Assembly (NCBI GenBank): GCA_001643675.2
Contig: LSRY02000024.1
Location: forward strand, 868,001 to 932,000
Length of the DNA: 64,000 bases
Reading direction: 5' to 3'
DNA from: Monocercomonoides exilis PA203
Lineage: Eukaryota; Protista; Preaxostyla
The notes below the pieces were generated by a model. It had not been told where the DNA came from, did no database searches, and saw nothing but the letters and a program-made list of their open reading frames with translations. This document shows, piece after piece, positions 1-12,739 of the stretch (position 1 is its first letter; each line of letters opens with the position of its first letter). The translations under genes and the position numbers were made by a program.

Positions 1-198
1 AAAAAAGAAAAAGAAAAGAAACACAATTAACTTGAACAACGAAAAGTTAAACATTGCACAAATAAGTCTCATTGAAAACATATTGGAAAATAAAAACTGT
101 CACTCGTTTATGTAATCTTTGGCAAAATAGAAATAAGACGACTAAATAGGAATAAAAATAGTACTTTTTGAATGCTTCTGCTCATTTGAATTAACTCT

Positions 199-2250
199 CT
201 AAATTGACATTTTACTGATAATGACCAAACAGTTCACCACCTTTTCGATTTTTTCAACATAATCATAATCATGTGTATCCTTTTTAGGATACGTGAAAAG
301 ATCAACAATGTCCACGCAACCTGCTTCCTCAAAAAGCTCTGCTAAACGCACAAATCGTGCAACTGCCATCTTCACTTCACTTAGGCTAAATTCTTTTATG
401 TGACTATAATTTAAAATAAAAGTTCTTGATTGCTTATTTGATAAATTTTTTCCTTCCTTCAACTGATTGTTGAGATACGAAGACATTTCTAAATATATCT
501 CTGATATTGTCATTAAACAACACGCTAAAATATTCAATCTGTTTTCATCAGTATGGGCGCAAGTAATGTAATCAAATGCACAAATAAATATTTCAGGATA
601 TTTCGAGAGCTCAACCACTGCATCCCGATCAATGAAAATATGGAACAAAATTTCATTTAAATAAAGTTGCCACTCAGATGATGCATATTTGACAATTGGT
701 GGCAAGTCACGATTAGATAATAAAAGAGAAGAGAAATATAAATAATTTCTCCTTACAGCACCCATGCAAGTAACCAAAAATGCACGATACTCTGGAATTC
801 CTATAAACTGCACCATTTTAAATTCGTCATCAGTCAAAATTCTAAAAAAATGCACAACCGACGATAATGGATCTTTTAATCCGTAATGTCCAACACAATC
901 AACTAATGCTAGGGAGTAATTGAATTGCGACCTATTTTCAATATATTTAGAATAATCAACAATCATTGGGTTCAAGTAAATCCCTTTTGTTTGCACCAAT
1001 AAGGGCTGTACACGTACAAACGAAAGCGGAATGAAACAATGCTTTTGAATTAATTGATGAACTGAACTGCCTAACCTTCCAACAGTTTTCGTTTGCTTTC
1101 CTTTACTCGTTTCTTTGCCTTTCAAACTACGAACCGGAGAATTCATATTCTTTCCAGGACTTTGCGATGAGGCTTCTTTGCAACCAGAAACAAGCGATTT
1201 TGTACGTGCGGAACCTGAATTCATCGCTTTTGAGATTGGTTTTTGAGGAGACAATGAAACAGATAATGAGCTTGCAGAACTTGTTGGTTTGACATATAAT
1301 GCTGAATTTGATACTGCAGAAGAAGTGCAAATTGAGCTGGTGTCTGATGACGAAGCTAACTGCTCTGATTCACTGGCATTTAACGAAGAAGATTGCCGAG
1401 TGCATATGAAACCATCTTCAGGTAACTTGTCGAACCATTCTCCAACAAACGAATTACAAAAATTTATCATCATTCGAAATCTATCTTTTCCAAACCGTGC
1501 AACTGGATTATAATCATTATCGAAAATAGAATTTAGTGATTCGATGCACAGCCATTGATGTAATGGAGGAAGAGAATATGCATTGCTCAGCAAAGAAGTT
1601 AAAATTTTATCGCCTTTATTTTGCTTTATTAATTTAGAAACTGAAGTGCATATCAACAGAAATTGATAAATCTATATTAATCATAAAATTATTCAACAAT
1701 TCCATACCACTAACTGCAAAATTCCAAAAGGAGAAATACGTAATAAAAGAGTCTTCTTCGTTTAATGGTTTATTCATAAGAATTTCAAAAGTATCAGCAA
1801 TTGCCCTCGTTTCTTCAAATGACAAATCAAAGCGAGCCATTGCTAAAATGCGTGCAATGATGTTTTTCAAGCATTGTGGCGTTCTTCGTGAAACTATTTG
1901 ATTCAGAAGTATTTCTTTCATCCTAGAACGCTCAAAAATTGATTTAATTTTTTCTTCAAAATAGGACGAACACGAAGATGAAGCTTTATAAGCAATAAGC
2001 TCCAAAAGGGAAAGAATTGAACTTGTCAATTCAACTGAATGATTTTCAATAAAAACTGAAAGCATTCCAAAAGAATTTGCTGTTAATCCTCGAATTTTAT
2101 TAAGAGGAACGCTTGCCAGACGCATTCCAAGCTGTTGAATAATGTCTTGTTGAATTTTTTCATTATTCTTCTGTGTGATATTAAAGACTGTTTCTTCAAA
2201 AAACAATGCTTTTTCGGAAGTGCTTTCAAAATCTTCCTCTTCTTCAGTCC
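199..2250 (-). CDS. Hypothetical helical-repeat (ARM/importin-alpha-like) protein; spliced, 5' end uncertain (may extend to ~2450)
   Basis: ORFs 1634..2206 and 199..1656 join in frame through a 43-nt intron at 1714..1672 (GCA|GTTAGT...ATAG|ATT), giving FWNFA-IYQFLLIC. The C-terminal motif FEEAGCVDIV resembles the last ARM of importin-alpha-like proteins. Confidence 0.55.
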
Positions 2251-2834
2251 TCCAAATAAATAAAATAATTTATGCATTCACAAAAAATGAAAGTCAAACA
2301 TTGTATAAATCCACAAGCTGATAGCTTTTAACTTTTCAATTTAATATTGATCATAAATATTATTAAATAACTTATCTGAATGATTTGGTACAAAATTCTT
2401 GAGTTTATGAAAAAACAACGATTTGTTCCAAATTCTTTCTACAATCATATCATAAAAAGTGCAGCATTCTCAAGCAAAAATAATTTTGAAAAATCAAAAA
2501 ATGAGAAAAAAAAAAGGAAATAAAGAATGGAACAAAATTCATGAAACAAAAAATTTTGTCCCATTTGATTAAAAATTGAGATGTGGCTGATCCTTCTTGA
2601 AATCATACTTTCGTTCTAATTTTTATCGAATTTTTTTTCTCAATAGGATTTTTGTTAAATAATTGTCTCCGCTATAATAACATCATGAACAACGTGTATT
2701 AACAATTAAAGATCAAATTTTCGTAATCCCATTGAGACAAAATTTTTGATCAAAACTCGAACGAAAGTATGATTTCAAAAAGGATCAGCCATGTAAAAAA
2801 CATGCTACACAAAAATATTCGCATAAAAACAAAA

Positions 2835-2903
2835 GAAGAAGAAGAAGAAGAAGAAGAAGAAGAAGAAGAAGAAGAAGAAGAAGAAGAAGAAGAAGAAGAA
2901 GAA
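2835..2903. repeat. (GAA)23 microsatellite, intergenic
   Basis: Perfect GAA run of 69 nt, followed by an A-run. Confidence 0.95.
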
Positions 2904-3363
2904 GGAAAAGAAGAAGGCAAAAAAAAAAAAAAAAAGATAATGAACGAAGAAAGCAGATTAATTTTTAACAAATAGTTATACTCATTTTTCTTAAAAATTT
3001 TTCTTGATAATTTTTTGAATTCAGCTAATCTCCATTTTTTCGTGTCATCAATTTTTTCTTTTGAGATTGTAATTTTTCATTATTCAATGATTGTTATTTG
3101 GTGAAAATCATAACTATAATAGTAACTTTCCTAATAGGCGGACACTTTCCAAAAGGGCGGACAATAATTTTAATTGTGGTTCAAGGATTTTTTTATTTTT
3201 AAACTTCTTTTCTCATTTCACGTATTTTTTTCGAATGCAAACACTTATTGATCGAAAAATCAATGGATTGAATAATTTTTGTAAAATTTATTTATTGGAT
3301 AAAAATTTTTCAATGATGGGTTGAATTTATTGAATAAAAGGGATTGATCATTCTTTGTGAGAG

Positions 3364-5220
3364 ATGCTTGAAAAAAATTGTTTGACAAAAAAGTACATAT
3401 TAGATGTGAACTATCAAGCGGCTCAAAATACGGTTATACATATATTCAGTCGGAAAACAGCAGGAAATGTTTACAGTGACAATGAAAGATCTTCACCAAA
3501 AGATTAATTTGATCTTGTGAAAATATAACATGCATCATTATTAATACACTCTCCGAAGAATGATTCTTGCAGAACAATAGCATCGTTCACTCCAATGAAG
3601 AAAACTCGAGTTTACGAAATTTTGAATACACCTGTTTCACAAAAAATAAAGTTAGCTGGAAAACCACCTGCACTTGGAAAGGAAGAAGAGTTGGAATTAG
3701 TTCAATTGTGCATTCAAAATAACAGGGAAGGAAATCCATTTACTCAAAGAACATTTTTGGATTACGTTAATCATCAATTCGAAAAAGATTTAACACACAA
3801 TTACAGTAGAGCATTTCTGAAAAGACATGAGTCTTTGCTAAAGGAACAAATTGCAGTTCCACTTGAATCGAAAAGATATGAAATACTGCAAGAGAAATGA
3901 AATGAATACAAAAACGAATTGAAATTAAAATTAACAAATGTTCGGGCAGAATTAACATTTTGCATGGATGAAACAGGCTGCCAGGAGTTTGTGGACACAA
4001 AGAAAAAAAAAGTCATTTGCCCTCTTGCAATTAAAAATGGTTCGGCAAGGTTTAAAGTTAATCGGGACAACAGATTAGTATCACTGATAGGATGCATCCC
4101 ATCACTTGGTCATTCAGTTATTCCAATGTTATTGGTTAAAAGGCAAACTGTGGACGAAGATCTATTCTGAAAAATGATTTTTGGAGTTGATCTGGAAATG
4201 AGATCTTCTCCAAAGGGTTATGGCACATCAATTGCATTCATTCATTGGCTTTGTGATTGCTTCATTCCTCACATAAACCGTATCAAGATAAATCATGATG
4301 AAAAAACTTTATTACTAGCAGATGGGCACAGCTCTCATACGTCCGAAGATGCAAAAAATATATTAGTTCAAAATAATGTGGAGTTGCTTATCATTCCAGC
4401 TCATTCTTCCCATTTATTGTCACCTTTGGATCTAACCACTTTTTCTTCATTCAAAAAAGAATTAAAACGATTAGCGGCTGAGTTACCACCCACAACACTT
4501 TCAAAATTTGTCGAGAACATCATTAGAAGTTATCAAGTTTCTACTGTTCCTTATCAAAACAGAGCTGGATTTTTGAGGGGTGGGATTTCAATGTTTATTA
4601 AAGATAGTTGCTATTTTTCAAAGCTTGATGAAGATCATATTGACAAGCAAATCTGCCAGATGAATATTGAAAAAATCGAAGATAACAACAACATTAAATT
4701 ACCTTTGAAATTGTCGGGAATTAATTTTGATAATTGGGTTCTGGAGAATTCTGAATTATTGAAAATGAAACTGAAGAAAAAGCGGAAAAGATTGCGCTCA
4801 GATAAAGATGATCTCATCGAATCGGGTTTAAAAAAAGGATGTTATTACTCGAGTTTTCTAATTTCAAGAAGAAGGAAAAGATTAATGACTTCAGAGAAAT
4901 CGAATGAAAAAAAAACAGACACATCATTGTCAAAGAAAAATAGAATAGATATTAAAGATATTTATGAAGACTCCGAAGATAAAGATGAATTATTAGAGAG
5001 GAATGATTTTGAAGAGTCTGAAAAAGAAACATCATCAGATGTATCGTTCGAAGGAGATCACACATTTGCGGCTCAAAAGGAAAATGAGAACAATTCAAAA
5101 CTTCAAAAAGTTGTTTCTATTTACAGAACTAGAAGTTTGAGAGTTATGAAACATTCGAGTATTTACAATGAAAGTGATATTGAAACAGAAAATTCAACAG
5201 AAGAAAGTGTCCGAAAATAA
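3364..5220 (+). pseudogene. DD35D pogo/Fot1-type transposase interrupted by in-frame stops
   Basis: ORFs 3595, 3919 and 4174 share one frame. Motifs: HTH (SCRTIASFTPMKKTRVYEIL), CENP-B-like HTH (LGKEEELELVQLC...), MDETG, LLLADGHSSH and PAHSSHLLSPLD, with 35 residues between D2 and D3. Stops: TAA 3505, TAA 3526, TGA 3898, TGA 4168. Confidence 0.88.
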
Positions 5221-6735
5221 AAGAAAAAGAAATGATAAAACAAATCTTGTTTTTTTTGGAACTATTCAAAAGAAAAAGAAAGTTTCATCATTTTTGAAAA
5301 GAACTGAAGAAAAAAGCTCATGAAGAAAAGGTTCAGGGATCGAAACTTGGAATGGAGATATTTAAAAGCAACTTCTTACCGAATAATTTATCTTCCGATC
5401 ATGAAAGTGGTGAATTAATGTGTGTAATCATTTTTATGTATGTTTTGTTTTAACTGAGATGAATCTCTTTCTTTTTTTGTGTAGTTAATATAATGAATTT
5501 CGAAATATTTCAGGTTAGCCTCAATGCTGAATGAAGTGAAATAATCATCGCACAATTTATCATATCGTAAAAACAAATTGTTGATTTTGCAACAATTAAT
5601 ATCCCTTGTATTCAGTTCACTGCAGATTTGAGTTTGACTCAAATATTTCAACATCTTTCACCTTCGATGTTTCGGAGGATTGTATGTGAACAAATGTTTT
5701 GCTTTTCTTTCATTTTAAATAATGCGTTTTTAATAACTTCTCTTTATTGTTATTCATTTATTTATTAATTCAGATCATCTTTTGAAAAGCAATATTTGAA
5801 ACTCATAGCGGAGTGGAATTGTTTGCAACTTGGAAATGAACAATATGTGGATGCATTTTTGTAATTAAGATGATTGAGAAGAAATTTTGTCATTTTTATT
5901 ACAATTTCCAATTACAACTGCAAGGTGTGGAAAATAACTTTTGAATCAATTATTTTTCAATTGTTTGATTATTCGTTGTCGTTTTTTAATTCTCAATCTT
6001 TTTTTATAGAAACACTTGAAAAATTAAACTTTGTGCTGTTTAAATGCTATATCAGTTTATCGTTTACAACAAAAAATCTCTCAATAACAATAACTGATGT
6101 GGAATGGTGAAATGAAAAAGCTATTAATTTTTTTCCATGAAAGTTGAAACATTACTTTCATTTCGTGTACACAGTTTTGAAGTAGAACTTCTATTAATCA
6201 TTTTTATCTTCTTTTCAAATGCTTATTGTTACATCCTCTCTTCAATTTCAAGCCCACTTGCAGTTTGAATAAAAGAACAATGATTTTTTCTCTGAAAGTG
6301 ATGTTTTTTCTCAGAAATGAACGAGTTTGCTATTTTTTATTTTATTTCAACATATTTTGTTATTTTCATCATCATTTTCTTCTCAATATGTTCTATCTCT
6401 TATTTCTCTCCCGTGAATTCAATAGACAGAATGACTCCATAAGTCTCTGAAACTCAATCAATTAATCAACTAATTCACAATTAGAATATGACCGTTCTTA
6501 TTTCCAAAAAGTTTTTTCGATTTCTTCAATGAATAGTTTGTTGTCTGGTCAAATTTCTGGCAGGTGCAAATTTTTTTCTGAAATATTTTCTATTATTTAG
6601 TTTTTTTAACATTTCTATGGTATTTATGATCCTGTCCCATTTAAGATGCAAAACAATTAAAAGCATGCTGTAATCATTCGGAGGCGAATCTTCAATGCTT
6701 TATACAATCTTTCAGTACAATATCACACTTTATAT

Positions 6736-6975
6736 GGGTGATTCTTTTTGAAAAGTCACAAATGTTTAATTTTCAAATAAATCATAATTTACATATTTTG
6801 CTAAATATTTTGTTAACAAATATCAAACTTCACTTAAATGGAATCAATTACTTGATAATGCTATTTCAAACAATATTGAGGAGATTTGTGAGCTGAAACA
6901 GAAATTTGAGCAATAAATGAAATTTTTGATGTATTAGAAAATTAAACATTTGTGATTTTTCAAAAAGAATCACCC
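6736..6975. mobile_element. ~240 bp MITE nested inside the pogo-like element
   Basis: 6732-6774 and 6937-6979 are inverted repeats with 42/43 identity, and the similarity continues imperfectly inward. The termini GGGTGATTC...GAATCACCC are flanked by ATAT on both sides. Confidence 0.8.
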
Positions 6976-8320
6976 ATATCACAAATTAACATAGGAAGAT
7001 TTTCATTTTGACCAAAAGAAACATTTCATTTTGTTTGGAGATTATTATGGTGATCAAGACATCCATTCTTCTAAATTGGTGGATTATTTATGTTACGATA
7101 TAATTAGCAAACAAGAGTGTGATTAAAAATATAAGATTTTTATCTATAAGTTTCAAACTTGCAATATCTCTTTATATCATCCAAATCAACATTTGATCGT
7201 GTTAACTTATGAGTGTTCAAAATTCAGCTTCGGTTTAAAACTGTTGAATTTGTTTCATCAAAGCTCACAACAAGCGAAAAGATTTATTTTTGTTATGAAT
7301 TTATATATTGTCACCAGTTTTTATTTTTATTTTTTGGTTAATTGATTTGAATAATTTCAAAAATTGAAATAACAATAATATTTTCAGTTTCTTTTATTTC
7401 CACTCTCATGCCTCGATTTTTTTGTTTTTTTTCAGTTGTTTTTTGTTTTTGACATGTTTTTTCAGAATTATCTAAATTTTTTATCTGTTTTTTTAACTTC
7501 ATTAGCTAATAAAGCGAAAGAACAACAAATTTGCTATAATTCAATCGAAATTATTAAATAAAAGTATCACATAACTTTTCTTTAATTAAAAACAAAATAA
7601 CAAATTATAAAATTATTTGAAAAAAGTTTCATTCTCATTTTTCTATTTCAGATCAATGTTTCCTCAACAAATATCATAGTCCACACTTTTGGAAAGTGTC
7701 CGGCCATTTTAAAAGTGGCTATAATATTATATCCTCATCTGCAGCATAGACAATTCTTCAAAACTTCTTCTCTTATTTTTTTCATATTTAATAATAAAAA
7801 CGATTATCTTTGTCATACCTTTCATGAATATTCTCCTGATATTTCTTTTCAAAAAGACACATTTGTATTAAAAAATAAAAATAAATTATTATTATGGATT
7901 TTGTTTTTGAATTCTTTTTGCATAATAATGATATGCACATTGTGATATGTATTTAGAATAAGTTTGGCACAAAACATAGTTATTTTCTTAAATAAAAAAT
8001 ATTTCACAACAAATATTAGACTTTTGGAAAAAAAAGGAAAATCAACCTTAGGTTCAAACAAATAAATTTATTTTTGAAAAAAAATGATATTTCAACAAAA
8101 ATGTTTGAGATTGCATCAACAGAATTTTATGTGATTTGAAAATGAGAAATTTTCAAGAATTCAGAAAGATTAAACATTTTTGGAGAGCTGTTTGAATTGA
8201 GACCAAATTCCTAATAAATTATTGCTCAATTTTCAATATTTTTAAAAAACAATTTCTCCCAGATTTATTACCATTAAATGAGTTTTTCAAACCTTAATAA
8301 TATTAAACATCAAGATCTCA

Positions 8321-11300
8321 ATGGGTCACAAACAGAAAAAAACCGCAAAAGGAAGACTTGATAAGTATGAAATCATGAAAACTCACATCAAAGAATGAGC
8401 GCATATTGCTTATCAGGATAGAAATACGAATTTATATTTTCAAAGATAATTAATTAAAATATAGATAATTTTTGCTTTATTTCGTGTTTTTTAATATATT
8501 TGCAAAATATCATCATATCATTTTATTAAACACATTATATAATATTATTTTCTTTGCCATTTCCATTCAAATCTTAAGATTTTACCATCTTGCCAAGGAA
8601 CAAGGATTTCGTTCAAGAGCTGCCTTTAAACTCATTCAATTGAATAGAAAGTACGATTTTCTCAACACAGCTAAGATTGTCATAGATCTTTGTGCGGCAC
8701 CAGGTGGTTGGCTGCAAGTTGCTTCAAAAGCAACTCCACTTGATAGTTTAATCATCGGAATTGATTTAGCCGTTATAAATCCTATTCCAAGATGCATTAC
8801 AATACAGCAAGATATTACTTCGCCACAATGCAGAAATGATATTCGTCGTTACACAAAAGATTTAAAAGCTGATCTTGTTCTTCACGATGGTGCACCAAAT
8901 GTTGGTGCTTCTTGGGTACAAGACGCATTCGTTCAAAACGAGCTTGTGTTGCATTCAATGAAACTAGCTGCAGAATTCTTAAAAAGAGGAGGATGGTTTG
9001 TGACGAAAGTGTTCAGATCTGATCATTATGTTGCCCTTCTCAACGCACTTCGTCCATGGTTCAAGAGCGTCGAAGCAACAAAACCAGTTGCATCTCGAAC
9101 AACATCTGCTGAAATTTTCGTTGTATGTCGTGGATTTAACCCTCCAGTTTCTCCGTCCTCTACAGAATACAAAGCAGCGTTGGACAGTTTAGATCCGTCC
9201 ATCGCGTTTGGAGTCGGAAAAGGAGCAGGCGACTCAACGATTTCTGTGCAGGTGATGAGCGGGATAAACCTCCTGAAGCGGTCTATCACCGGAAAGGAAA
9301 AGCCGCACAGGGGTGGGTATCCCGACGGCATCGTTACGCTGCGGGTGCGGAAGCCCGTGGAGGAGTTTCTGCTGTCCAACGACCCAGGTTCTGTGCTTGG
9401 GGGAGCACACGAGCTGTACTTCTCCACACCAAAAGCTGGCAAAGCCGGGGCAGCTAGGAATGCAGGGGCAGAAGAAGAGTGGGACTCGACAGTGTATGCG
9501 ACGCATCCAGAGACGACGGAGGAGATTAAGGAGTATCTGGGGGATCTGCAAGTGCTCGGGAGGAGAGAGTGGAGGGTGCTGCTGACGTGGCGCAAGAAGA
9601 TGCTGGCAGCTAAAAAACCAGTCAGCAAGAAGGACAAGCAAATGAAGGAGGAAGAAGATGAGGAAGAAGGAGAAGGAGAAGGAGAAGGAGAAGAAGAAAG
9701 CATTGGAGAAGAAGGAAAAGAAGAAATGACAGAAAAGAAGGAGGAAGGTGAAGAAGAAGAAGAAGAAGAAGAAGACTCAGCTGCGGAAGAAGAGCGCGAG
9801 CGAGAAGAGATGAAGCTACGTACTTCCGGGACAGTTTTGGGGCAGATTGAGAAGAAGCGGGAGAAGAAGCGGCGGCAGCGGGAGAGAGAGAGGCAGATGA
9901 AGGCGATGGCGGTGTCGAGTGCGAAAGGGGTGGACAACTGGGGCGCAGAGAGGACAGGAGACGATGGGATGCTCTTCCACTTGGGAGATACAGCTACAGA
10001 GAAGGATCTGAACATGATGGCGGGGATTGAAGGAGAAGGAGATGAAGAGAATGAGGATGAAGATGAAGAAGAAAAAGGTAAATTAAAGGTTAGAAAAGCA
10101 GGAGATGCAGACGAGGAGAACGATCCACAGACGCTAGCAGCGCTGCTTGTGGCGACAGAAGGCAAAGATTTGGATGTGCTGGCAGAAGAGAATGCGCGGC
10201 GAATGGACAGGAAGAACCAGCGGAGGAGACACGACAACGACATTCCGTATGGGACGAGCAAAGACGACGATGGAGAGAGTGCAGAGGACGGGGTGAAGTG
10301 GAAGATGACAAAAGTAGATAAAGAAGGGAAGACAGCAGAGATGCATCCGCTGGAGAAGCTGCAGAGGGGCATAGAACTGGATAAGAAGGAGTACTGGGCA
10401 GCAATGGCAGCAGAGGAAGAGCAGAGGTATCAGCACAAAGTGGCGATGGGCTATGCGAAGACGACGTTTGACTTGGCAGATGTGCAGATGAAGAGGAAGA
10501 AGAAGGAGACGAAACAGCTCGGGTTTGAGATTGTGCCGGCAGCGAAGGAAAGCTTTGGGGCAGAGGGGTTTGGAGGAGGAAGAGGAGGAGAAGGGGCAGG
10601 AGAAGGAGAGCAGGAGAAAGGAAGAATTGACGATGTATCGCTGGCGTTTGAGGAGTTTGGGGACAAAGTGAAGGAGATGGAGAAGATTGTGAGTGTAGAT
10701 GCAGATCCATTGGATGACTTGGAGGAATATTTGGATGCGCTGACAGAGAAGAAGAAGAAAGGGAAAGGAAAGAAAGGAGGAGGAGGAGAAGGGAAGACGG
10801 TGATAGGGAAAGCGGTTGAGAAGATTCTGGAGGAAGATGAAGAAGGAGATGATGAAGAGATCATTAGGATGAATGCAGAGATGCTGAAGAAGAGGAACAG
10901 GGCATTGGGGAAGCTGCAGAATGAGAAGAATGAGAAGAAAGACAAGAAGGATAAGAAAGAAGAGAAAGAGAAAAGCGATAAAGGGAATAAAGAAGAAGGA
11001 GAAGAGGATGAGGAAGATGAGGAAGAAGATGAGGAATATTCTGATTCTGGCAGTGATAGTGAAGAATTTGATGGAGGATTGGATGAAGATGACCTGAATG
11101 CAGAATACGATGCTTTGGTGTCTGAAGAAGAAGAAGAAGAAGAAGGCGGAGAAAGAGAAAGAGGCAATGAAGATGATGAAGATGATGAGGAAGATGAGGA
11201 AGATGAAGAGATAGCAGAACAATTGAGAATAGCACAAAAGGAAAGAGAGAACGAGGCGAAGAAGCAGAAGCTGATGAAAGCGAATCAGTTCTTTGCGAAT

Positions 11301-12443
11301 TCTTTGCTTGATAACATTGTGGGAAGTACACAAGGGAAGAAGGAAGCGAAGGAAAAGAAGAGAAAAGGGAAAGAAGAAGAAGAAGAAGAGGAGGAGGAGG
11401 AAAATGGGAAACAGAAGAAAGGGAAGGGAAACAAAGGTAAAAAGAGAATGGAAGAGAGTGAGGAGGAGGAAGAGGAGGAGGAAGAGGAAGAAGATTATGA
11501 TGATGAGGAGGAAGAAAATGAAGAAGAAGAGGAGGATGATGATGACGATGAACTTGAGCCTCTTGTTATATCGAAGATGGGAAGCACATTTGACGATGAG
11601 GAACGCGAAAGTGACGATGAAGAATTTGAATTGAGCTCATCTGAAGAAGAAGAAGATGATGAAGAAGATGAAGATGAAGAAGAATACGATGAAGAAGAAG
11701 AAGACGAAGACGAAGCAGAAAGAACAGACATTGTAGATGATATTGCCTCTCTCCCAGCATCTCAAAAAGTCTCCAAATTCGATCTCTCTCGCATTGATTC
11801 CGACACCATGGCAAGAATACTGGCACAAGGAGAGATGATGCGTGATGTGCATAAAAGACGTCTTCTTGTGGATGCAGCATACAACAGATGGGCACACAAT
11901 GACGATCCAGATGAAGAAGATCCCCTTGGTGGGCTTCCGAAGTGGTTCCTGGATGATGAAAGAGCACACACAGGGCGAATTGCGCCGATGACGAAGGAGA
12001 AAGCAGAGAAGTACAAAGAGTGGCTGCGGGAGATGAATGAGACGCCCATCAAGAAAGTGGCAGAGGCGAAGGCAAGACGGTACAGAAGGAGCCTGAGGCA
12101 GCTGCAGAAGGCGGATGCGATCGCGGCGAAGGCGATGGACAACGAAGGGCTGACAGAGGCAGAGAGAGGGAGGGAGATGCGGAGGGCGACGAAGCTCGCG
12201 AAGAAGTTTGCGCGGCCGGGGAAGCAGACGATTGTGGGCGGGCCGAATGGAAGAGGGAAGGACAAGAAGAAGAAAGGGGCGGATAAGAGAGGGAAGAAGG
12301 GGAGTGGGATGCATATTGTGGACAGGAGAATGAAGAAGGACAAGAAGCGGACACCAAGGAACTTCAGAGGAAGGAGAATTGCACAAAGAAAAGAAAGAGC
12401 TAAAATGATGAAGTTGCAGAAGAAAAAGAGGAGGAGAGCGTAA
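8321..12443 (+). CDS. SPB1: Pre-rRNA 2'-O-ribose methyltransferase Spb1/FTSJ3 (2 exons; intron 8365..8578), ~1300 aa
   Basis: Spliced N-terminus [33 protein letters not shown]; SAM motif DLCAAPGGW; K-D-K-E tetrad (FKL, HDGAPN, VTKVF, SAEIF); Spb1 C-terminal motifs LPKWFLDDERAH, PIKKVAEAKAR, VDRRMKKD. Confidence 0.96.
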
Positions 12444-12739
12444 CAAATTGTTTGTTTTCTTAAAAAAAGAGGGCAAGTGTGTTCTGAGCAATATGAAATA
12501 GTATTTAAATTTTGAATTTTCTTCACTTCGCTTTTTTCGAATCATTTCACTTTAAAGATAAGAGGAAAAGGTGAATTATGAAATTTTGGGCTTATCATTA
12601 TGTTAATGGATAAGATCAATTGATAATTATCTTTTTTTTCCTTTCATAAAAAAAGTAAATCTTATAAAGGGTTTGTTTTTGTATTTGTTTGAATATCTTT
12701 CATGTGAAAAATGGAAAATTTCTATAAGTTGTTGGACAA

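Larger units (their letters stand above)
3120..7721 (+). mobile_element. pogo/Fot1-like (IS630-Tc1-mariner superfamily) DNA transposon, ~4.6 kb, with imperfect TIRs
   Basis: The left end 3120 TAGTAACTTTCCTAATAGGCGGACACTTTCCAAAAGGGCGGACAATAAT aligns without gaps (38/49) to the reverse complement of the right end at 7721. A 17-bp core CGGACACTTTCCAAAAG is perfect (3139-3155 / 7686-7702). TA follows the right end, and the element encloses a DDD transposase. Confidence 0.8.

Noticed and set aside
2750-2975. Poly-E (+) and poly-S (-) ORFs
   Set aside because: By-products of the (GAA)23 microsatellite; no other coding signal.
3364-5220. Alternative genetic code or readthrough (TAR=Gln, TGA=Trp/Sec) rescuing the transposase
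   Set aside because: Both TAA and TGA would need recoding, and host genes here terminate with TAA (SPB1, RPS3), TAG (ALG1, GATase) and TGA (ALG13, RBR).
8365-8578. Intronic snoRNA in SPB1 intron (also checked RPS3 introns)
   Set aside because: No box C (RTGATGA)/box D pair with terminal stem, and no convincing H/ACA hairpins seen.
8472-8578. Hydrophobic N-terminus of the 1323-aa ORF as a signal or TM segment
   Set aside because: It is translated intron sequence; the true exon 1 is 8321-8364.
9026-12545. Long antisense ORFs (up to 448 aa) over SPB1, and similar ones over other large genes
   Set aside because: Shadows of purine-rich low-complexity coding sequence, which lacks stops on the reverse strand.
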